Assembly (NCBI GenBank): GCA_036149055.1
Contig: JAYZQJ010000262.1
Span: 1-64,000, forward strand
DNA from: Myxococcota bacterium
GTDB lineage: Bacteria > Myxococcota_A > Polyangia > Polyangiales > Sandaracinaceae
DNA: 64,000 bases
Direction of reading: 5' to 3'
The position numbers and the translations under genes are program-made. Shown piece after piece: positions 46,062 to 56,500 of the stretch. The notes beneath the pieces are model-generated. The model saw only the letters and a program-made list of their open reading frames with translations, ran no database searches and was not told the origin of the DNA. Numbering within the stretch: the first letter of the stretch is position 1; every line of letters begins with the position of its first letter.

Positions 46062-48394
46062 GCCGCGCCTCCCCCGGGCGGAGGTATCAGCTTCGCGAGC
46101 GCGTCCACCACGCTCTGGCCGAGGTCGGCGCCCTTCGAGACGACGGCCTGCGCCGCGTCGGCGAGCCGGGCTCGCTCTTCGGCCGAGAGATCTTTCGCCG
46201 TCCAGACGAGCACCGGCAGCGCCTGGGTCTCGGGGCGCGAGCGCAGCCGCTCCAGGAACGCGAAGCCGTCCAGGTCGGGCATGACCAGGTCGAGCACCAG
46301 CGCGGAGGGCGCCCGCGCCTCCACCTCCTGGAGCGCGGCGCGCGGATCGGAGAACGTCCGGTGCGCGTAGCCCAGGCCGTCGAGGGTCAGACCGAGCTGG
46401 GTCAGCGCGGCCGGATCGTCGTCGACCACCATCACCTCGTCGCTGCCGGCGAGCACCCCGGCCCGCTCGAGCGCCCCGACGAGCCGCCCGCCGTCCACCG
46501 GCTTGGGCAAGACGTCCTGCACCGCGAAGCCGCTGATCACGCCCCGCTCGGTCACCACGGTGATCACGATCACCGGCACGTCGCGGTTCGGCCCTCCAGC
46601 GCGGATGGCGTGCAGCACCTCGAGCCCGGTGCGGTCGGGGAGCAGCAGGTCGAGCGTGATCGCGTCGAAGACCCGCTCGCTGCAACGCGCGAGGGCCTGC
46701 GCCGCGGTCGCCACCGTCTCCACCCCGTAGCCCGCCTCGGCGAGCGCCGACGCGATGCGCCGCTGATCGCGCTCGTCGTCCTCGATGACCAGGACCCTGG
46801 GCGCGCCGGGCGCGGGCTCGAAGACCTTCGGCTCGGGCAGCGCGGCGCCGGCCCGGGACACCCGCGGCAGCACCGCGAAGAAGGTGCTGCCCCGCCCGAG
46901 GGTGCTCTCGACCCCCACCGAGCCGCCCTGGGCCTCCACCAGCCGGCGGGTGAGCGCGAGGCCGAGGCCGGTCCCTTGCTCCCGCTTGGCCGCGCTCCCG
47001 TCGAGCTGCTGGAACTCCACGAAGAGCCGCCCGAGATCCTCCTCGGCGATGCCGACGCCCTCGTCCTCGACCTCGAGACGGAAGACCTCGTCGGTCTGCG
47101 CGTGGGCGCGCACCTGGACGCGGCCCCCCACCCGGCTGAACTTCAGCGCGTTGGAGAGGTAGTTGTAGAGCACCTGCTTGAGGCGAGACGGGTCGAGCAC
47201 GACCTCGTCGAGCGTCGGGTCGATCTCGACCTCGATCTGGACCTCGCGCGTGGCCGCGGTGGCGCGCAGGATGGAGACCACCTCGCCCACCAGCGCCTCG
47301 AGCGCGACCGGCTCGGGGTAGAGCTCGAGCTTGCCCGCCTCGACCTTGCTCAGGTCGAGCACGTCGTTGATGAGCGCGAGCAGGTGCCGCCCGCTGGTGA
47401 GGATGTCGCCCAGGAACTCCTGGTGCTCGGGCGCGTCGTGAGGCACCGCGCCGTCGTGCAGCAGCTCGGCGAAGCCGATGATCGCGTTCAGCGGGGTGCG
47501 CAGCTCGTGCGACATGTTCGCGAGGAACTCGCTCTTGAGCTGGCTCGCCTCCTGGACCCGCCGGTTCTCGAGCTCGAGCCGCCGCGCGCGCTCCCGCACC
47601 GCCTCGAGCTGACGACGCTGCGTCACGTCGAGCACCAGGCAGATGCAGTCCGGCGCCTCGAGGGTGGCGATGCAGAGCAGGATCGGCAGCCGCGTGCCGT
47701 CCTTGCGCACGTACTCTTTCTCGAACGGGCTCGCGAAGCCGTGCTCGGTCAGCTGCGCGATCGCCGACGCGTCCGCCGCGGCGTACTCGGGCGGCGTCAT
47801 CTCGAGCCAGCGCACGTCCCCCGCCTCCAGCTCGGCGCGCGTGTAGCCGATCATCTCGAGGAAGGTGTCGTTCGCCTCTTTGATGTCGCCGTGGAAGTCC
47901 GAGACCATCACCCCGAAGAGCCCCGACTCGGCGAGGCGCCGGAAGCGCATGTCGCTGAGCCGGAGCGCCGCCTCGCTGCGGACCAGATAGGACTCGTGCA
48001 GCACGCCGATCGCGCGGCCGAAGAAGCCCTGCATGGCGTCGAGCGCGCCCGCGAGCCGCGTGGGCTCGGCGGCGTAGGCCTCGACCAGGCGCGCGGTCAG
48101 CTCGCGCTCCGCCGCCCGGATCATGCGGTACCAGGACTCGAAGCCGACCCCGACGGCGGCGTAGGTCTCCCCCTGCTCCCGGAGCGCGGCCTCGTAGGGC
48201 TCCCACTCCCCCTCCTCGAAGGCGCGGCGGAGGCGCTCCTTGCCAGCCACCGAGCTGCGGACGAGCTCCTCGGGCGGCAGCCCGGCGACGATCGGCCCGA
48301 ACCCCGGGTCGGTGCGCGCCACCTCCAGAGAGGCCGCCTCCACCGCCGCGTGATGCCGGTCGTAGACGCCCCAGAAGTCGGCTTGCGCCTGCAT
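46058..48394 (-). CDS. Hybrid histidine kinase (globin-like sensor-PAS-HisKA-HATPase-REC-REC)
   Basis: N-terminal helical sensor; EANDTFLEMIGY..EKEYVRKDG PAS; MSHELRTPL; GTGLGL; two receivers; alternative start 48421. Confidence 0.93.
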   Translation of the reverse strand: MQAQADFWGVYDRHHAAVEAASLEVARTDPGFGPIVAGLPPEELVRSSVAGKERLRRAFEEGEWEPYEAALREQGETYAAVGVGFESWYRMIRAAERELTARLVEAYAAEPTRLAGALDAMQGFFGRAIGVLHESYLVRSEAALRLSDMRFRRLAESGLFGVMVSDFHGDIKEANDTFLEMIGYTRAELEAGDVRWLEMTPPEYAAADASAIAQLTEHGFASPFEKEYVRKDGTRLPILLCIATLEAPDCICLVLDVTQRRQLEAVRERARRLELENRRVQEASQLKSEFLANMSHELRTPLNAIIGFAELLHDGAVPHDAPEHQEFLGDILTSGRHLLALINDVLDLSKVEAGKLELYPEPVALEALVGEVVSILRATAATREVQIEVEIDPTLDEVVLDPSRLKQVLYNYLSNALKFSRVGGRVQVRAHAQTDEVFRLEVEDEGVGIAEEDLGRLFVEFQQLDGSAAKREQGTGLGLALTRRLVEAQGGSVGVESTLGRGSTFFAVLPRVSRAGAALPEPKVFEPAPGAPRVLVIEDDERDQRRIASALAEAGYGVETVATAAQALARCSERVFDAITLDLLLPDRTGLEVLHAIRAGGPNRDVPVIVITVVTERGVISGFAVQDVLPKPVDGGRLVGALERAGVLAGSDEVMVVDDDPAALTQLGLTLDGLGYAHRTFSDPRAALQEVEARAPSALVLDLVMPDLDGFAFLERLRSRPETQALPVLVWTAKDLSAEERARLADAAQAVVSKGADLGQSVVDALAKLIPPPGGGAA

Positions 48395-48513
48395 CGTCCG
48401 CCTCTCGGTGATCCAGAACACGGATCACGCGTGCAGCCTACCCGCGGCCGACAGTGCGCTCAACGAAAATTGCGTATGGAAAAGCCATGGTCGTCATTCG
48501 CTATGATCCGAGC

Positions 48514-49856
48514 GTGACTCTTCGCCACGCATGGATCGCGATCGCGCTGCTCGGCTCCGGCTGCGGCCTCCTGTTCGACCTCGACGCGCCCGAGGACGCC
48601 GCCGCGCGCGACGCCACCGTGCGCGACGCCACGACGCTCGCGGACCGCGCGTGCCTCGCCACCGCGGAGACCTGCAACGGCCTGGACGACGACTGCGACG
48701 AGCGCGTCGACGAAGACGCCGATGTCTGCGACCCCGGGCAGGCCTGCGTCGAGGGCGCGTGCGTCTGCGACGGCGCGCTCTGCGACGGCGAGTGCGTGGA
48801 TCTCGACAGCGACCCGCGTCACTGCGGCGGCTGCGGAGCGGCCTGCGACGGCGTCTGCTCGGAGGGCGCGTGCTGGTCCCCCAGTCGCCGCCGATCGACG
48901 TGCTGCTGGTGATCGACACCTCCAACTCGATGGTCGAGGAGCAGGGCGCGTTCGGCAGCCTCCTCCGGTCGTTCCTCGAGCGCTGGGACGCGCCGCTGGG
49001 AACGTTGCCCGCGCTCGACTCGGTGCACGTCGGCGTCATCACTCCCGACCTCGGCTCGGCCTTCACCCTCCCGGGCTGCACCGCCGAGGGCGAGAACGGC
49101 GAGATGCAGACCCGCTCCCGCGGCGGCGCGTGCGCGGGCGACGTCTTCCCCCGCTTCCTCTCGTTCACGCCGGACCGCGGCGAGCGGGACCGGGCCGAGG
49201 AGTTCCTCCGCTGCGTGATGCAGGTGGGCACCGGGGGCTGCGGCTTCGAGCAGCCGCTGGAGGCGTCGCTCAAGGCCCTCACCCCGTCGGCGAGCGGGAG
49301 GCGCTTCTTCCAGAACACGCCGGGCCTGGGCGACACCACCCACGACGGCTTCCTGCGCCCCGACTCCATCCTCGTGATCGCCGTCGTCACCGACGAGGAC
49401 GACTGCTCGATCGAGGATCCCGAGCTGATGAACTCGTCGAGCACGACCTACTCGGGCTCCCTCAACCTCCGCTGCCACGAGCACCCGGAGGCGCTGCATC
49501 GGCTCCTCCGGTACCGGGAGGGCCTCGCCGAGATCCACCCGCCCGAGGACACGATCCTGCTGGTGATCGGGGGCGTGCCGCCTCGCCTGGTGGAGGCCGA
49601 CGCCGGGACGATCCTGGACGCCCCGGAGATGCAGGAGACCGTCGACGCTTCGATGAATCGGCTGGTGGCGAGCTGCACGAGCGGGAGCGGCGACGCGTAC
49701 CCGCCGAGGCGCCTGGTGGAGCTCGCCGGCGAGATCCAGGGCGACGGCGGGGCCGCGATCTTCGGGTCGGTCTGCGCGCCGGGGCTGGGCGCGCCGCTCG
49801 AGCGCACCCTGGAGGCGATCGCGGACCGCTACGAGCTCGCCTGCGCGAGCCCGTGA
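48514..49856 (+). pseudogene. Frameshifted lipoprotein: MopE-like and Cys-rich repeats + vWA domain
   Basis: First frame: LGSGC lipobox, ETCNGLDDDCD, DPRHCGGCG. The vWA domain (IDVLLVIDTSNSM, GFEQPLEA, VTDEDDCS) continues in another frame from about 48874; one missing base would fuse them. Confidence 0.75.
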
Positions 49857-52800
49857 TCACCGCTGCAGGCGGATCTCCGCCGACTCGGCCTCGTCCGCGC
49901 TCCGGGCGAAGCGCGCGAAGCCCGGGTAGGCGTCGGGCTCGACCCGCATGCGCGGCACCCGATAGCGCCGCTGGATGCGCAGCCCGTCGTCGGTCCGGGC
50001 CGCCTCGATCTCGACCCGGGCGTCGCCCGGCCCCTCGAGCGTGATCGGCCCCGGCGCGTCGGCCACCCGCGCTCCGTCGGGGAGCTCCACGCGCACGTCG
50101 ACGTCGAGGGCGAGCCCGGTGGCGATGAGCTGCGGGATGTCTCGCCGCGCCACCCGCGCGTACTGCGGCCCGAGCTGCGCCCGGTAGATCGGCGGGAGCA
50201 CGAGGCCCCCGTTGCTGCGCCGCGCGAGCGAGGGGAGCTCCACGTCGTAGCGGAGGATCATCGGGCCGTCGGGGTCCTCGCGGCCGGCGACGACGAGCCG
50301 GGTGAGCTGCCCGCCCGGGAGCAGGTTGGCGACGTAGGCGCTCTCGAACTGCTGCTCGAGGTCGGCCTCCGGGATCTCCTCGAGCTGGTTGCGCCAGAGC
50401 ACCGCGCCGCTGCCGCGGAAGGTCTCCACGACCCCGACCCGCGCGCCTCCGTCGGCGCGGAGCTCGACGTCGACCTCGACCGTGCGGAGGTCCGCCTCGA
50501 GCGCCCGGTCCGCGATCGTCGCGCGCTCCGCCGCCTCGTTGAGCATCAGGGCGTCCATGCCGGCGAGGACGGGCGGGATGTAGTCGAAGGGCGCGCCGCG
50601 CGCGCCGGCGTGGATCCAGACCGGGCCCTCGCTGCCCTGCATGCGGAGCACGAGGTTCTGGAAGGTGTCGTCGTCGGGCAGGCGGCCCTCGGTGGCGTCC
50701 CCGGCGAAGCTCCGCGCGAGGCCCATCTCGACCTCGACGCCGGCGAGCGCCATCAGGTAGCCGAGCACCCGGGTGCGGTTCCCGGTGCGCGCCGCGAGCA
50801 TCGCCGGGGCGAGCCCGAAGACGTCTTGGGAGTCCTCGATGTTCTGGAGCACCCAGCGGTGGAGGCGCGCCGCCCGCTGCTCGGGCGTGCTCCGGGTCTC
50901 CCCGACGATCTCCCGCGCGAGCCGCGCCGCCGCCGGATCGCGCACGTCCCGGTCGGCGAGCACGTCGCGGAGCGTCTCGACGTACTGCTCCCACGTCGCG
51001 CCGTGCCCCCACGCCACCGACGGGAAGAACTCGCGCGCCGCGATCGACGCCGGCTCCTGCTCGAACGGGCGGCTCTCGCGCACCGTCCAGCGATGCACGC
51101 GCACTCCGTCCCGGGTCTCCACCTCGGCCTCGGGCGCCTCGCCGCGCGGGTCCACCACGAGCTCGACGTCCTCGGGGGTGACCACCGTGAGCTGGCTGAG
51201 GTCGAAGGGGGTCTCGTAGTTGCGGAAGTAGAACCGGCCGCCGAGGAAGCCGCGCGGGTAGCCGGCGGGCGAGGGCTCGCCGCGCACGTACTCGAACTCG
51301 ATGTAGTCGCCCGGCGAGAGGTTCGGGAAGCTGATGGTCTCCTTGCCCGCGATCTCGTCGGGCTCGAGGCGCGTCCCGTCGGCCTTCACCGTCTGGAGCG
51401 TGAGCATCTGGGCGCCGTCCGGCACCGCGAACTCACCCATCGCGTCGACCGCCTCCTGGCTCTGCAGCCGGAAGATGTTGTGGGTCAGCTCGAGCATCGA
51501 GCCGTCCTCGAAGACGCGGTAGACGGTGTAGTCGTAGACCAGCACCATCGGCTCCTCGTAGGTGCGGCCGCTCTCCTCGAGCTCGCGGATCACCGCCGCG
51601 CCGTCGCGTCGGAAGGGCTCGATCGAGCTCTCGCCGCCCACCGCCCGCAGCGCGCGCCGGAGCTCCATCATCGCCTCGGGCTCGGCCTCGAGCGCCTCCC
51701 GGATCCGGGTGCGCGCCGCCTGGGCGTCGCCCGCCGCGAGCTGTCGATCCGCCTCCATCAGGACCACGCCGGCCGAGAGCGGGATCTTCTCCTGCACGCG
51801 GGTGATCAGCTGCGCGATCGCCTCGTCGTCGCCGCGCCCCTGCGCCAGCTCGAGACGCGCGCGGAGCTCCCCGAGGGTGCTCTCCTCCGGCTCGAGGCGC
51901 GCCAGGCGGGTGAGCTCCGCCGCCGCCTCGTCCCACTCGCGGCGCCGCGCGTGGGCGCTCATCAGCGCGTCCGAGCGGGCGTCGCATTCGACGAGCGCGC
52001 GCGCGTGCTCCAGCTCGTCCGCGCTCCGGCTCCGGCGACGGGCCTCGTTCAGCGCCGCGCGGCGGGGCCGGCAGGCGTCGGGCACGACCTCGCGCGCCGC
52101 GGCGATGACCTCGCTGGCCTGCGCGCGCCAGCCCTTGGTCTCGAGGTAGTCGACGAGCTGCAGCGGGAGGATCACCAGCTCCGGCCAGCGCTCCATCGCC
52201 TCGCGCAGCGCGCCGATCGCGACCAGGTCACGGCCCTCGTTGGCCTCGAGCTGGGCGAGGGTCATGCGCGGCCACCACGCGCTCGGGTCGCGGTCGGCGG
52301 CGTAGGTGAGCAGCCGGCGCGCCTCGTCGTGGCGGACCTCCGACGAGCGGAGGGGATCGTTGAGCGCCGACGCCGCGCCGCTGATCAGGAACACCGGCGA
52401 GCCGTCCTCGTGCAGCCGGTCCCGGACCTCCTCGCGGGCCGCGACCACGTCGCCGCGGCTGATCGCGCGCTGGATGCGCGCGTACTCGTGCACGAGCCGC
52501 TGCCCCTCGATCGCGCCGCCGCCAGGCTCCCCCGCCGTCCGGGAGAGGCTGACCGCGAGCACCGGGTTCGGGTGGCGGCTGGTGACCTTCACCCGGATGA
52601 CGTGCTCGCCCGCCGACAGCTCGAGCGGGTGGTAGCTGACCCGCGGCATCACCTCGACGCGCCGGTCGAGCCGGGCCACGCGCTCGCCGTCCACGTGCAG
52701 CTCGGCCGCGTTCGGGGTCTCGAAGCGGAGCACCCAGCGGCCCGCCTCGGGCACGCTCACCGTCGCCTCGGCGTAGGTGGTGCCCGCGCCGCCGACCGGG

Positions 52801-53546
52801 CCGCCGCCGAGGTGCGCGTTGCAGCCGCGCGCCTGCACGTCGCGGGTCTCCCGTACGCCGCGCGACGGACCGAGGTCGTAGCGGTCGGCGAGCCGGGCGT
52901 CCTCCTCCGGCGGCAGCGCGCGATCGAAGCCGAGCAGGTGCCGCGGGCCGATCGGGCCGGCGACGCGCCACGCGGTGACGCAGCGCTGCGCCTCCTGGAG
53001 GGCCGCGACCCGCTCGAGATCCGCGCGCCGGTAGGCGAGGTCGATGAGCAGATCGCCGATCGCCGCCCGCGCGCCGTCCCCGAGGTCGCCCGGGGACGCC
53101 ATCAGGGGATCGAGCGCCTCGGTGACGCGCTCGGGGTAACGCGCCACCGCGTCGTCGAGCGCCTCGACCTCGGCCGCCGCCACCTCCGCGAAGGCGTGCG
53201 CCGCCGGATCGTCCGAGCGCGCGGCCCGCGCGAGCACGTCGAGGTAGGCGTCGAGCGCCTCCGACGGGTGGCCGTGGAGCTCCCGCTCGACCGCGACGAG
53301 GAAGCGGAGCCCGAGGTCCTCCTCCATCGACAGGGCGTGCGCGAGGTGCTCGGCCGCGCTCGACGGATCGCCGCCGCGCATGAGCAGCTCCGCCTCGGCG
53401 CGGGCGCGCTGAGCGGCGGGGTCGTTCGGGCGCTCCATCGCGCGGCGACGGACGTCCTCGATGGTCGGCTCGGCCGCGTGGCGCGCGCCGCCGCAGCCGA
53501 CGGCGAGCGCGAGCAGGACGGTCAGGGCGATCTGGGCGCGCTTCAT
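49857..53546 (-). CDS. TPR + DUF3857 + degenerate transglutaminase-like lipoprotein
   Basis: LALAVGC lipobox; WRVAGP domain; TPR helices; FPNLSPGDYIEFEY (DUF3857); catalytic Cys/His positions not conserved. Confidence 0.85.
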   Translation of the reverse strand: MKRAQIALTVLLALAVGCGGARHAAEPTIEDVRRRAMERPNDPAAQRARAEAELLMRGGDPSSAAEHLAHALSMEEDLGLRFLVAVERELHGHPSEALDAYLDVLARAARSDDPAAHAFAEVAAAEVEALDDAVARYPERVTEALDPLMASPGDLGDGARAAIGDLLIDLAYRRADLERVAALQEAQRCVTAWRVAGPIGPRHLLGFDRALPPEEDARLADRYDLGPSRGVRETRDVQARGCNAHLGGGPVGGAGTTYAEATVSVPEAGRWVLRFETPNAAELHVDGERVARLDRRVEVMPRVSYHPLELSAGEHVIRVKVTSRHPNPVLAVSLSRTAGEPGGGAIEGQRLVHEYARIQRAISRGDVVAAREEVRDRLHEDGSPVFLISGAASALNDPLRSSEVRHDEARRLLTYAADRDPSAWWPRMTLAQLEANEGRDLVAIGALREAMERWPELVILPLQLVDYLETKGWRAQASEVIAAAREVVPDACRPRRAALNEARRRSRSADELEHARALVECDARSDALMSAHARRREWDEAAAELTRLARLEPEESTLGELRARLELAQGRGDDEAIAQLITRVQEKIPLSAGVVLMEADRQLAAGDAQAARTRIREALEAEPEAMMELRRALRAVGGESSIEPFRRDGAAVIRELEESGRTYEEPMVLVYDYTVYRVFEDGSMLELTHNIFRLQSQEAVDAMGEFAVPDGAQMLTLQTVKADGTRLEPDEIAGKETISFPNLSPGDYIEFEYVRGEPSPAGYPRGFLGGRFYFRNYETPFDLSQLTVVTPEDVELVVDPRGEAPEAEVETRDGVRVHRWTVRESRPFEQEPASIAAREFFPSVAWGHGATWEQYVETLRDVLADRDVRDPAAARLAREIVGETRSTPEQRAARLHRWVLQNIEDSQDVFGLAPAMLAARTGNRTRVLGYLMALAGVEVEMGLARSFAGDATEGRLPDDDTFQNLVLRMQGSEGPVWIHAGARGAPFDYIPPVLAGMDALMLNEAAERATIADRALEADLRTVEVDVELRADGGARVGVVETFRGSGAVLWRNQLEEIPEADLEQQFESAYVANLLPGGQLTRLVVAGREDPDGPMILRYDVELPSLARRSNGGLVLPPIYRAQLGPQYARVARRDIPQLIATGLALDVDVRVELPDGARVADAPGPITLEGPGDARVEIEAARTDDGLRIQRRYRVPRMRVEPDAYPGFARFARSADEAESAEIRLQR

Positions 53547-56500
53547 CGCTCACCTCCCGGAGACAGCGTGATCCGCTGGCGTAGCAACCGATCGGCCTGC
53601 TCGACCCAGGCGCGGAACGCGGGGTACTGCGCGGGCGAGACCCGGTCGACGTTCAGGGCGAACTCGGTCGTGGCCCGCACCTCGCGGCCGTCCCGCTCGA
53701 CGCGGATCGCGAGCCGGCCGAACTCCGACTCCGCGGCGCCGTCCTCCGGCAGCTCCGAGGCGGTGTAGCCGCGGGGCAGCACGACCCGGCGCGTCTCCTG
53801 GTAGGCGGAGCGCAGCCCGAGGTCGAGCGGGAGCCGCCGGGTGGAGGCGGGCGCGAGGTTGCGCGAGAGATCGTGCAGCACGGTCGGCGAGACCCGCAGG
53901 TTGCGCCCGTCGCGCACGGCGAGCTGCGGCGCCCGCCCCTCGAACGAGAGCGAGGCCGGCCGGTCGAAGTCGTCGAGGTTCTCGAACGCGTGCTCGCTCA
54001 GCTCGAGCCCCGGGAAGAGCCCGCGCATCGCCCGCCCGAGCCGCTCCTCGCGCAGGCCCTCGGCCTGGTAGCGGTTGCGGTAGCCGGGCGCCTCGACGCC
54101 GCGGATCGTCTCGGTGACGTCGACCTCGCCGCCGCCGTCCGCGTCGAGCCGGAGGGTCACCTCGCGGCTGCGCAGGTTGGCGCTCGCCTCGAGCACCGGC
54201 GTGCGGGTGAGGGTCACGTCGTCCGGTCCGACCCGGAGCACGGTCACGCCCTGATCCATCTGCGGCAGCTCGTCGATGCCGGTGAACTCGGCGGTGCCGT
54301 CGAGGTAGAGGTCGAGCTCGGGCACGTAGGCGATGGCGTGGTCGAAGACGGCCAGCGACGCCGGCAGGTCCTCGATGCGACCGTTGGGCCGGGTGCGGGT
54401 GAGCACGATGCGCGCGTCGATGCCCGCCTCGCGGAGCATGGTGTAGATGAGCGACGCCTTGTCCTTGCAGTCGCCGAAGCCGCGATTGACGATGTCGGGC
54501 ACGCGGTAGGGCAGGAAGCCGTGGATCCCGAACTCCAGCGCGACGTAGCGCGTGTTCCGGATCACCCAGTCGTAGATGCGGCGCACCTTCTCGCGGGTGT
54601 CCTCGGCGCCGGCCACCACCTCGCGCACCGTGCGGCGGAGGCTCTCGTCGGCGTAGAGCTGGTCCTGGATGAGCCCCCAGTACCAGCGGCCGACGTCCTC
54701 CCAGGTGCGGTAGGTCGAGACGTGAAGGTAGGGCGCGACCTCGGTCATGCCCGGCATCGAGGGCTCCTGATGGAGCGCCGGCACGTTCTCCACGGTGTAG
54801 CGGTCGACCCGCTTGCCGTCGGCGACCTCCTGCTGATGCTCGAGCCCCGGCATCTCCGGCTCGTTGAAGTGGAAGGCGCGGCTCTCGGGCGTGATCAGCA
54901 CCCACTCCATGCGCCGCACCGGGACGCTGCGCTGCAGGTAGGTGAGCGCGCCGTAGTAGTCGTCGAAGAGGTTGCGCGGCGCGACGTCGTCGACCCGGTA
55001 CTGCAGCTCCACCACGTCGCCCGGCTCGAGGTCGGGGAAGACCACCACCAGCGCGCGCGTGTCGTAGTAGATCCGGTACCAGGGCTGGCCGAGCTGCTGC
55101 TCGAAGGTGCGGGCCGCGGAGAGCGTCTGTCCGCCGCGGAAGACCCGCGCCTGCCGGATGTCGACCCGCTGCACGTCGGGATCGAACTGGATGGCGTAGG
55201 TGCGCCACTGGCGCGCGCCCTCCTCGTCGTGCACGTGGACCGCGACCTGGTGGAACGACGAGCCGAGGCCGCTCTCGAAGACGGTGTTGACGGTGGTGTC
55301 GGAGAGCACCGAGAGCGGGTAGCCGCCGGCCTCGCCGCGGAGCGCGAGCAGCGCGTCCCGGTCGAGCGCGAAGCTCTCGTCCATGCGCTCCTCGGGGGCG
55401 AGCTGCTCGAGCAGCTCCCGGGTCGCGCGGTCCTGGGGCCGGAAGGCGAGCGCCTCGCGGAAGGCCGCCGCCGCCGCGTCCCGCTGCCCCGCCCGGAGCA
55501 GCGCCCGGCCGTGGGCCACGTAGAGCGAGGCGTCCTCGGGTGCGATCTCGAGGCCCTGGCGGTACATCGCGAACGCCTGGTCCATCTGCTCGAGCGCCTC
55601 GTAGATGCTCGCCGCCATGCGGTAGGTGCGGCTCGAGGCCGGCGAGAGCGCGCGGTAGGCGTCGAGCTGGGCGAGCACCTCGCGCTCCTCGCCGCGGGTC
55701 AGCGCGTCGTCGATCAGGACGCGCCGGGAGCCGAGGTCGTCGTAGCGCGCCTCGAGCACCTCGCGCCGGAGCGCGATCAGGGCGTCGCGTCGCTCGCTGG
55801 CCGCGGCCGCGCTCGCGCGCTGGGCGATCCAGTTGGACGCGCCGGGGGCGAGCGCCGCCACCTCCTCGATCCGCGCGCGCGCCGTCTCCGGCAGGCCGAG
55901 CATCCGGAGGATGTCCGCGGCCAGCACGGTCCCTTGCATGTGCTGGGTGGTGCCGCGCGGGAGCCGCTCGAGGATCGGCAGCGCCGCCTCGGGGCTCGGG
56001 CCGCCGGCCGCCATGCGCGCCTCCAGCAGGATCGCGTCCGGGTGGTCGGCCGACAGCTCCCTCGCGCGGGCCGCGAAGCGCATCGACTCCCCGCGCTGGT
56101 TCGCCAGGGCCGCCGCCAGGGCCAGCCGCTCCAGCGTCGGCTCCCGGTCGGCGGCGCGCGCCGCGAGCTGACGGGCGCGCTCCTCGGCCGGGTCGTCCGA
56201 GCGGGTGCGCACCAGGAAGCGCGCGAGATCTTCGAGGGCCTGGGCCGACGCGTCCTCACCGTCCGCCGCCTCGGTCAGCGCGGCGAAGGGCGCGACCGGC
56301 GCGCGCGGCAGGCGCGAGACCCCGTGACCGGCCTGGATCGACGCCACCGCCTCGGGGTCCGGCGTCGCGCGCACGGTCACCCCGTTCGGCGCGCCCCCCT
56401 GCGCGTCACCCACGCGCAGATAGAAGCCCCAGGTGCGATCGGTGGCGCAGGCCTTCACCAGCACCCGGTTGAGCCCGCGGTGCGCGCCGACCATCGCCAC

